A stretch of DNA of 64,000 nucleotides from Euglena gracilis (lineage: Eukaryota). The notes beneath the pieces were generated by a model. That model made no database searches and was not told the origin of the DNA. It saw only the letters and a list, made by a program, of their open reading frames with translations. Shown here piece after piece: positions 34,601 to 42,814 of the stretch (positions are counted from its first letter, which is position 1; the number at the start of each line of letters is the position of its first letter). The stretch is taken from positions 6,769,425 to 6,833,424 of the forward strand of contig CP154954.1 of assembly GCA_039621445.1 (NCBI GenBank), written 5' to 3'. Position numbers and translations under genes: made by a program.

Positions 34601-37600
34601 CGCCTTTCTACCCGTTTCTTACGGGTCGAAAATATGTAAATATTTTCCTGGAGACACACACCCCGAAGCACTAATGACACATTTCCCCTAAATATGCAGC
34701 ATTCATGGACGACGTGGGCAGGCATGATCCAATAGACAATTAGAATTTCATCTCCTGTTGCCTCCTGGTGAGTGACACTGCATGACCAAAATTGCGAATT
34801 GTGAAGGCCGCTCTGATCTCACTTGGTTTCCGGTCCACGGGGCCATTCGTCATCATGATCAAGGAAATGCTGCAGTATGAGCTGACTTGTGCAGAGACTG
34901 AACTCAAAGGGAACAAGTGCTGTTTTTTCGGCTTACGAGGAGCTTGTGCCCCCCCCCCCCCCCCCGCGCGCCAAATGCACAACTGCCAGTATCCCCCCCC
35001 TTGTCCAACGACCACTAAATATTTCTACTGACGGAGGGGTGGTTGTTAGACAAGACCAGGGTCAAAATCACAAATGTCTGGGAAAAAAGATCTGCTGGTA
35101 AAATATTGCTACTGACCGGGGGCGGGGATCGTTGAACAAGGCCGGTCGTTGGACAAAGGGGGGGGGGTTGCTTCGTCCCACCGGCCAATCAGCCACCCTG
35201 GGAGTGAGGAAAAAAAATACCCAAAACAACCCCATGCCAATTCTGCTCCCAATCCTGAAGGGAAGTGTTGTTGGATGTTGGTTTTGGAGACGCAATCGGG
35301 GAAGCTTGAGCACTGTTCTCCTTCAGGCCGGTGAAGTGGTAAATCAAAGTAACGGAATCGAACCGTTTCGGTGAATTTCACCGCATCCACTGTAAGGCAG
35401 GAGCAAAGTTTCTCCCACCCCCCTTGCCCAATGACCAGGCTTGTCCAATAACCACCCCCTCCCTCCGGTTGCGATGTTGGTTCAATAATTGTGGGAAGAA
35501 TTGTATGATTGAATTTTGCATTTGCATTTGGTGGTTTCAGAGTTTTTTTTTCCTGTATTTTGTTTGGATGATTTTGTAAATTTGGCTGAAAATGCCCAAA
35601 AATGGCACCAGAAGAGCTTCCTGCGGCAAGGGCGCATGTACGTGCTGCGGGTGTGTTGACCCCGAGTGAGTGTGTTGTGGTCGCGGTGGGGGCAAATTTA
35701 GCGGTGTTTGAATTGAGTCCGAATTCCTTGCAAAGCAACCTCTGTAAAATCGAAGTCTCAGACAGAAAAACCAATCACTCCAAAAAAAATGTTTCCAAAT
35801 TACCCAGAATAAAAATTGATGCCAGTATGTGATTGCAACACATGGCAAAAAAAATACGTTGAAAGTTGGCAAAAAAAAGCCAAAAATGGTCACAAGTGAC
35901 CAAAACTGGCCAAAAATGGCCAAAAATATCCCAACATTGGTTAATTTTTTGCGGACCTGGGTTCCACCCCCCTTATCCTACGAACCCCCCCTCCCTGGTT
36001 CGGAAAAACATTGGCTGTTTTAGCGACCGCCCCCCCCCCCCCGGTCGGAGACGGGGGGGGTAGCTGGGATAACCCCCGGGGTGTGATGGGTGGTGGGTCC
36101 GCAATTGGTGCTCGCTGAGCTGTAATTTGTGGACACCGATGATTTTGTGGTGATGATTTTTTGATTTTTTGTGGTTCTGGATTTTTGCAATTTTGGTAAT
36201 TTTTTTGCCACCCCAAATGCAGCCTGTTCCTCCTTGGGCTAGAGGTCTGCGGCGTGGGCCAGCGGCGGACGTGCGACGGTTCCTCTCCGTCATCGTCGCC
36301 CTGCTGCTGGGCTTCACCGTGGCCCTCTACCGGCTGACAGTCAGCCCGGAGCAGTGTGGCTTGGAGGCCTTCGCCGACCGGCTGTGGCCAGGGTGCCTGG
36401 AGGGCATGGATTTGGGACCCTCGCGAGTCCCTGGACAAAAGCACAATGCCACAAAAGTCGTCCCTGCGTGTTGAACGTAGGAGTATGCTTGCTGGGTGTT
36501 GAAAAATGCTTTTTTAAGACGTCACGTGAGGGGAGGACTTTTGACGCTTGTGGATGCGCACACAAGTTGCGCACACAAGGCGCACACGACACAAAGGAAT
36601 TGATAAATTTTGATATTACACACCACATGTAAGCATCATACATCTGTGTAATTTGGAAGGAATGATCGGCTCAAGCATGTTTTCGGAAAACCCTAAAGAT
36701 GGTTTTATAAACATTTTCTCATTTGTAATGACAGACATGGGCTCTCTTGTTGCCTGGGGCCTGGAAGCGGAATGGCAAACCACGAGCCGATCCCCACTCG
36801 CCTGAGGGAATTCCAGGTAACCTTAAGCAGCTGCCAAAGGCAGCAGTTGTTAACGGTGGATTTTTTTTCAGCTTGGGTGGGCAAGTCCCTCGTGTCTCAC
36901 TTCAGCTCTCTCCCACAGTCGGCTATAATTTGAATCCTAAACCGAGACACATCCTAAAAAAAAGCCGAATTTTTCAGTCCAGTGATTCCGTGGATATTTC
37001 AAAAGTGTTGCCTGTGAAATCTCCTGATAATTTTTGGAACCCATTGACAAATTGAAATTAAGACGAGAAAAAATTACCGATTTTGAAAGTGGTAAAAAAT
37101 TCTGGATGATGGTTAAATATTTTTCGCAGTTGTCAGCGACGTCCCTCGGCAGCAGCTTCTCTGGATGATGCTTGCTCTGTTGAATTCCAATTGCTCCTTT
37201 TATCAACAGATTTCCCCCCCAACTGCAGCACACAGCAACCGATGTATTTCTGATGACGTACTCTACACTCCACAGTTTTATATTCTGGACAATTCAGCCT
37301 TCTTTGCAGAGCTCTTCAACTTTAGTTCTGCAAGTTCTGCAAGATGTGCTGTTCGCTGTATTGCTGGGTCAAAAGGGCCATCACCCCAACTTCACGGGGG
37401 AGAGCCAAGGTCCGGGTCAGGAATAAGAGGGGAGCAGCACTTATTTACAGGAACCCGTGGAGAAGTTCATCTTTTAGGCTTTTCATCAACTTGTTTTGAA
37501 CATGTTTTTCGGAAAACCGTAAACGTCCCCCATTGTGCGACCTTTTTATCAGGCCCCCAATCGTTCACAGGAACCCGTGAACTGCCAACAGGGCAATATT

Positions 37601-40600
37601 ATTCCAGAATTATTCCAGAACACCCTGGGACTTGGTAACACCCTGGGACACGAAAATGAAAGAAATCGACCCAAATGGGGCAGCTTTCTGAGTGGGCAGA
37701 CAGTGCAGGCTGGGTCGCTGCTCGCAAGCATTGTTCTCCTGTATTTCTCCGGGCAGTCAATCGCCGAATTTTTTTTCGAAAAATGATGGAAACCTTTTTG
37801 GCCTTTCAAGCGCGGTGTGTCGGTCCCTCCGGCGCCCTGCCAGGGGCAGCTGGTGCTGCTGGGGCTCGTGGGGGACTTCCCATTCCGGGAATATCACGAG
37901 CACTTCAGCGGAGGCCGCATGATGCTCATCGGGCTGCTCTTTACATTGCCCAGGTCCACCGACAGCCGGATTTCCACAGCAACAGTCCGCGGAAAGTTGG
38001 CTGCGTAGTGTGGCACGGAGGTGAGTTTCTTGATATGCTCACCCTACGGGGGAGGTTGGATTTCAAGGTCTTGCTGACAGGTCACGGGGGGGATGGCTGT
38101 GCCGTTTGCGGAGTTGCACTCCACAGAGTGAATTCTGTTTCCACCCCCACCCCAAACAGGGTCCCCAAACAGGGTCTTACTGGGGGTGTCGCTTAAGCCT
38201 TATGGTATCCCATCCCCCGGGGGTTGGTCCAGCCAGCCAGCACCCTATTTCCCAGCCTCAGACCCCCTCCCCCATCGACGTTTTATTTTTTCCCCGGCCG
38301 CTCAAAGGGCTGCCGGATGGTGATGGTTTTTTTTTGGCTTCCAAAGAGGTGCAAAATGGGCCAAAAAAGCAAAAATGGTCAGAAAAGAGCTGCAGGGCAA
38401 ATTTGGGTGTTTTCTTTCATAATTGACAGTTTTTTTGGGGGGTAGCATTTCTGCCGTTTCGGTTGTTTTTTTGGTATTTGGTTTGACCCCCAGTCACGCT
38501 GACGTTCCAGCTGGAGAACCTGTGGGTCTATCAGCCTCTCGGCCCCTGTGCTGTGGCCCGAAGAGAGCCATACCTTTTTCCTCCGTCACGGTGGCGTTGG
38601 CTGTTCTTAGGGGGCGGTATCAAGCCAGGTGGGGGTTGACACGGGTCCCCGGGTGAAGGAGGGGGGACTGCGCTATCTGCGTGAGGGTGGCGCGCACAGA
38701 GCATCTAGGTATCTCCTCCACCACTGTCAACCCGTAGGGCCCGACAGAGGGCCTAGTGATGAATTTTTCAACCAGCTTGGGTCATGCTTTGCATGCTTTT
38801 TGAACTGAGAGAGCTGAGTAATCCACCACCCGAATTTAAGACCCCCCTAAGCGCACTGGGTGGAAAATTTTCCTGGTGTTTCATTTCGTATCCAGATTTT
38901 AGGCACATATTGATAAAATCGAGATATTTTGAATTTTTGAGACCAAAAAACCTATGAATCTTCACACCGATTTGCACTTTGATGCAATAAAGGATTTTAA
39001 TTACTCTTGTGAAACCAAAAAAGCATCATGGTTTTTTAGGTCAGTTTTAATCATGCAAAAACAAAATCACACCCGCCGAAGTTAGACCCCTGGATGTTTC
39101 TAGCAAATTTGGGCTTCTTTTAGGGGAGGGTATAGTGGCATGGAAAGGGGGTCACTTTTCTCAGCACTGCTGTATATGTGTACACATCCCCCTTTGGGCC
39201 TGCTGCCATACATTATTCTGGTTGTCATCCTGCTCCTCAACCTGCTCATCGCCATGATGGGCAACACGTACGCTGCGGTGCAAGAGCAGGCCGAGAAGCG
39301 GTGGTACCTCGAGCGGGCCAACCTCATGCCCAGGCGGCCTTTCCTGCCTCAAATCATACACGCACACGTGGACACACAACCGTGGAAAAAGGATGCTGTG
39401 TTAACATCTGAGGTTGGGGTGCAATAAAATTCATATTTTTTTGTTAGCCAGAAGAAGGCGAATTGTTCTCCCCAAGGTTGACCAATGGGTGCTGCTGGAG
39501 CACAGGGTTTAACAGGAATCTGGAAGCCATGGTGATGGCTTGTGGTGTACATTTATGCAGTTATGGGACGGGAAGGTCGGTGCCCCCCCCCCCAAGAGGG
39601 AGGGGCGTCCGAGGGTGGGTTACCGTAGGAGGAGGTTCCAGCTCGAACGTTCGAGCTCGAACCTCCTCGAACGTTTTTGACCCTCCCCCTTCGAGGGGGG
39701 GGGCTTAAAATCCTCCTTGAACGACATTCAAGGAGGATATCGATCCTCCTCGAACGACCTCGAACGACCTTCGAGGAGGATCTCGATCCTCGTCGAACGA
39801 CCTTAAACGAAATCTGGATCCTCCTCCTATGTATATTCATTCAGGTATCAGTTGCAAGTCTTTTTTTGGAGTTTGTTACCATGGTTCATTGTTCTTGATT
39901 CTGCTTGTTTGTTTGCTTTTTTCTTACACAGGAATGCACTCATTCATAAATATTTTATTCAAAAAATATTCCCATGCCGAGGGAATTTCTGGGGTTATTA
40001 GAAGGAATAGGGGTAGGGTTAAGATTTCATCCCCAATGGTTGCAACCATCCTGCTCATCGTTGCTATATTTCCCTCTACAGGGTACACGGCGAACCCAGA
40101 GAGTCGCCCAACTAGGGTTAAAAGCATGGGGGGACCCGAGCGAGGCGCCGAAGGTGCTGAGCGACGGTCCCCCCATGTGTATTAACCCTAGTTTGGCGAC
40201 TCTTCGGGGTAGCTGGTACCCAGTAGGGGGAAATTTTCCACGCGTTTTAAAAGAAACATATTTTTTCTTATGCAGGAATGCCTTCATTCATATATATTTT
40301 TATTCAAAAATATTCCCATACCGAGAGAATTTCTGAGGTTATTAGAAGGAGAAGGGTTAGGGTTAAGATTTCATCGCGAATGGTTGCAACCATCCCGCTC
40401 ATCGTTGCTATATTTCCCTCTACAGGGCACACAGCGAACCCAAAGAGTCGCCCAACTAGGGTTAATGGGGGGGTAAAAGTAGGAGGAGGTTCGAGCTCGA
40501 ACGTTCGAGTTCGAACCTCCTCGAACGTTTTTGAACCCCCCCATTCGAGGGGGGGCTTAAAATCCTCCTCGAACGACCTCGAACGACCTTCGAGGAGGAG

Positions 40601-41209
40601 CTCGAACCACTTCGAACAACCTTCGAGGAGGATCGAGATCCTCCTACTACTGTCCATCCCACTACCATAACCCTCCCGGGCGTCCGGGACCATCCTGCTG
40701 CCCCCCTCACTGGATGCCCTGGGGCGGAACCGTCCTCTGCCCCGGGCGGCGTACGAGGCGGAGCACACGGTGGAGGCGATGCAGGAGCTGCGGAAGGCGT
40801 ACGCCACGCCGTTCGGCCAGCCCGACGCCGCTGTGACGCCGGACACCGAGTTCTGCCTGACCACCACCCTGCCGCAGGCCGTTGCTTTCCCCCCTCCGGC
40901 GAGTGGAAAGAAAGCCTCCCCGCTCACACTCAGGGAAAAACATACACGACATGACACGCACAACAGAACGCAATGCACACAAATGTTTTATTTGATAGAA
41001 TGGGCCCCGGAATGACTACTGACCATGGGTTTCTTGACGAATGCGAACACTGGCAAACACCTGCATGTTCACTGGGGGGTCAATGAGAGGAGACGACGGG
41101 GTTTGGGTCGCCTGCCCCCGGGATGAGAGGTGGCCTGTCCCCGCGCTCCGAGGAATGGAAGACACCGCGGCGACCCTCTTTGTTCTCGTCTGACCGCTTC
41201 AGCTGTTGA
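10614..41209 (+). CDS. TRPV-like ankyrin-repeat six-TM cation channel, paralog B, apparently complete multi-exon gene
   Basis: Mapped exons: 10614-10661, 11341-11450, ~13161-13316, ~17091-17190, (further low-complexity exons likely 18800-21700, unmapped), ~23100-23205, 24988-25077, 25438-25529, 26045-26214, 26589-26691, 27120-27174, 27489-27506, 27997-28120, 30363-30409, 31022-31135, 31228-31284, 32077-32217, 32521-32562, 32937-33044, 33782-33860, 34452-34533, 34821-34878, 36268-36385, 37845-37947, 39208-39327, 40745-40871, 41144-41209 (TGA). Joins from 24988 on stay in frame and give ankyrin repeats, WDYGP, pre-S1 LDKKW, S1-S6, [13 protein letters not shown] and a TRP box. Confidence 0.9.
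10816..10929 (-). pseudogene. Ty3/gypsy LTR-retrotransposon RNase H fragment
   Basis: LEVDNSDYAVDGVLSQ...LHPVAFLSRKL resembles the D(A)SD..G.VLSQ...PVAF.SRKL gypsy RNase H motif; isolated relic inside gene B intron 1. Confidence 0.75.
11341..11450 (+). CDS. Gene B N-terminal exon 2
   Basis: EVEAWLGSCLAGLVSHLALCLAETGAE, similar to gene [29 protein letters not shown]. Confidence 0.7.
11961..12020. repeat. 10-bp minisatellite (AAATCCCGAC)n
   Basis: About six tandem copies visible. Confidence 0.85.
12248..12438. repeat. Interstitial telomere-like repeats in inverted arrangement
   Basis: GGGTTAGGGTTA patches 12248-12317 facing (CCTAAC)n 12399-12438; degenerate tract also ~33666-33707. Confidence 0.7.
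13161..13316 (+). CDS. Gene B N-terminal helical (coiled-coil-like) exon
   Basis: DLPAQLRRLAAVVRAAEARLRRL...RQHRRKGP vs gene [24 protein letters not shown]...RRHRRKGP (44188-44373). Confidence 0.75.
13597..13906. mobile_element. TA-TSD MITE (family B, GGAAACTGTCAGGGTCCC subrepeats)
   Basis: TIR CCTA(C)nGGGAAACTGTCA / TGACAGTTTCCT(G)nTAGG, TA both sides; other copies ~2932-3097, ~7481-7727, 17927-18254, ~23689-24121. Confidence 0.85.
16122..16967. mobile_element. Family B MITE with internal 124-bp tandem amplification
   Basis: TA-CCTA(C)n ... (G)nTAGG-TA; units start at 16258, 16382, 16506, 16630, 16754, 16878. Confidence 0.9.
17927..18254. mobile_element. Family B MITE
   Basis: Same TIRs and subrepeats as 13597-13906. 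Confidence 0.8.
18281..18555. mobile_element. hAT-like MITE
   Basis: CAGGGTTTTTTTTT ... AAAAATATACCCTG; perfect 8-bp TSD AAGGGCTG. Confidence 0.9.
19799..20189. mobile_element. hAT-like MITE (family C)
   Basis: TIR CAGGGTTTGATATAAGGA / TCCTTATATCGAACCCTG; perfect 8-bp TSD CCCATCCG. Confidence 0.92.
22152..22670. mobile_element. Rearranged family A MITE (inverted left half 22152-22399, right half 22551-22670)
   Basis: Reverse-complement and forward matches to 4138-4549. Confidence 0.7.
23247..23491. mobile_element. hAT-like MITE (family D)
   Basis: TIR CAGGCTTCTTTTTAAG / CTTAAAAGGATGCCTG; TSD CCCAGGGC/CCCAGGGG; related right ends at ~6826 and ~10489. Confidence 0.87.
24124..24593. mobile_element. 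TA-flanked MITE with GGGCAATTG subrepeats
   Basis: TA-CCCGCGCCCCCCTGGGCAATTG ... CAATTGCCCAGGGGGGGCGAG-TA. Confidence 0.7.
26045..26214 (+). CDS. Gene B exon: ankyrin repeat and TRPV finger 3
   Basis: [23 protein letters not shown]...TTGSFF...VYFG, the TRPV ankyrin-domain G.FF...YFG motif. Confidence 0.93.
27489..27506 (+). CDS. Gene B 18-nt micro-exon (DLPDMY)
   Basis: Flanked by CTG-N5 upstream and N3-CAA downstream; paralogous ELPDIY at 63393-63410; completes LH.AV....MY ankyrin motif. Confidence 0.85.
27997..28120 (+). CDS. Gene B exon: last ankyrin repeat
   Basis: LLNAEGLTPLALAAAMGQDRMF (TRPV N..GLTPL.LAA..G...F). Confidence 0.92.
28280..28430. repeat. AT-rich (TA/TG) low-complexity microsatellite
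   Basis: Direct reading. Confidence 0.8.
28512..30130. mobile_element. ~1.6-kb TIR element with 4-bp TSD
   Basis: TIR CTTAGACGGCCAACCTCGCATTTAAG / CTTAAGCGCGAGTTTGGCCGCCTAAG; AGGG on both sides; no intact ORF; superfamily not assigned. Confidence 0.7.
29188..29594. mobile_element. TA-TSD MITE (family A), nested in a larger TIR element
   Basis: TA on both sides; same TIRs and interior as 4138-4549. Confidence 0.9.
30363..30409 (+). CDS. Gene B exon: linker with W.YGP motif
   Basis: (Q)HILAKSSVIAWDYGP, read by hand and absent from the ORF track; in frame with both neighbours. Confidence 0.88.
32077..32217 (+). CDS. Gene B exon: pre-S1 helix and S1
   Basis: RLDLIVSAEVRQVLDKKWDAFGQRMFYRKLAVALGTVLAWT (TRPV L..KW..FG...F). 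Confidence 0.9.
34452..34533 (+). CDS. Gene B exon: S4
   Basis: LSELPGLVDVTAAFGALTGWLHVFFFL joining in frame to [16 protein letters not shown] at 34821. Confidence 0.85.
36268..36385 (+). CDS. Gene B exon: S5 and turret
   Basis: DVRRFLSVIVALLLGFTVALYRL...AFADRL. Confidence 0.9.
39208..39327 (+). CDS. Gene B exon: S6 and TRP box
   Basis: [39 protein letters not shown]. Confidence 0.93.
39623..40647. mobile_element. TCGA-rich TIR element (family E) with duplicated core
   Basis: Starts TA-CCGTAGGAGGAGG; core copies ~39928-40120 and ~40272-40462 match 9567-9748. Confidence 0.7.
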
Positions 41210-41289
41210 ATAGGTTGCAAACAGTAGACGATGCCCAACAGTGAATGTGTCTGCAGTGAGTTTGCCAAAATGACTCTTTAGAACTTTAT

Positions 41290-41510
41290 TTATAACCCTG
41301 TATATTATAGGATCCTGTTTAGTGGTTGGCTCCGAGGGGGGGGGATTATAAGTGGGGGGGGTTACAGCCTTGGCGGTTCTCTTTGCCTTCTCATGTCTTC
41401 CCGGGGGGGGGGGGGGGGGTTATAAGTCACGGTTTAGTGGTTGGGCCCGAGGGGGGGGGGGGGGTTATAAGTGGGGGGGTTATAGGATGGGGGGGGTTAA
41501 AAGTGGGGGG
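41290..41510. mobile_element. Family F fragment just downstream of the gene B stop
   Basis: Reverse complement of 7255-7445. Confidence 0.65.
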
Positions 41511-42739
41511 TCGGGTTTACAGTCCACGGCCCAGTGGTGTGGTGGGGGGTCGGGTCCGTTGGGGGGGGGGTCGGGGCGAAGGGGTCTCTAAAGCCAACTT
41601 CAATTTTGACCCAGATCTGCAGGCAAGAAATTTTAGCGGGTTTATGCAGCAGCGCCTCAGCTTGGATCACCAGTTCACATGGCACTTCTTGGGACATATC
41701 CAACAAACAATGTGGCTCGACGGGTAATTCAGCTTCAGATTTTCAGGACGTTTGCATTGCGAGGTGCTGAATGTGTGGTATTTTTGAAGTGTTTTCCTAA
41801 GGTTTGCCTTTGATAAGCGATTTGATTTTCGATAAAAATTAATACTTTTTGTGAGCTGAATGATTTTCAGTTTTTGAAAAAAATTTTGCAGTTGCAGTTG
41901 CAGTTGCCCAGTTTTACCATACCCAGGCAGGTATGTCCCGCACAGGACGTATGTTGCATCATCGGAACCTAGGGTATCTACATAAATATGTGTGTGTGGG
42001 GGTGAGCTCAGGCAGGAAAGTCGGAATTCTGACAGTTGTCTGGAGTCTGGATTGGCATTCTTCGTTTCCCACACCAGCCAATCATGTTTTGCCACGACTT
42101 TTGGAAAGTGGGTTCCACCACCACTTCCTGGGAAATACAGCGGCAACACAACCAAGGTGCCAAAACAGTGTGGAACTTGGTACTCCCTTGGGCTTGGTTT
42201 GTTCACATCAAATCCTGAATGGCAAACCCCTGCAGATTTGGGTTCAGTTTGCCTCGCCCTCGGCCCAAGTGCTGAGCCACTGCCCGTAAGTCCATCCTGT
42301 CTCCCCCCATCCAAGCGCTTATCCTTACTCGGCTTCTGAGCCCCGATACCAACCGTTGCTGCACTGCCCGGATGCACAGTGGCTGGGTCCAACCTCACTC
42401 ACCCCGACATGCCACTGGCTCCCCTTTGGGCGCTCCTGATAGCCCTCCCCACCAAAGCTGTGTAGATATCCGCTGGCCTCCGCGTAGCTACTTCTTCTGA
42501 CCACTCCGACATGTTTTAGGTTACCACCAATCTCTACCACGCAGTGCATGCAGTGCCACACGCGCTGCGAAACACACACGGGGTTCCGAAGTATTCCCAG
42601 TACTGGCCAATGTGAGCACCAAAATGCATTTATTTTTCTAAACACCCAACACTGGTGGTCCTGTCAGGCGTCAGTTTCCGGAGTCGGTAGGTGCGCATGG
42701 TTTCTACCTTTTCATAATACACATTGTGTGTTTTAAATA

Positions 42740-42814
42740 TCATCTCTATTATCCCTTCTTTTGCAGGTGCGCAGCCCCGACCTCCACGGTGCAGCCACTT
42801 TGCGGGTCTGTTGC
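42740..42814 (+). promoter_or_regulatory. Candidate spliced-leader trans-splice acceptor (CAG ending 42766) and 5' UTR of gene C
   Basis: TCTCTATTATCCCTTCTTTTGCAG polypyrimidine tract plus AG, ~48 nt before ATG 42815. Confidence 0.55.

Noticed and set aside
73-41209. Interpreting the channel fragments as pseudogene debris
   Set aside because: Fragments are in domain order, join in frame under one junction rule, and paralogs differ largely by synonymous or conservative changes.
41900-42700. Unique-looking spacer ORFs between genes B and C
   Set aside because: No recognisable domain, no paralog in the window and no clear intron signatures.
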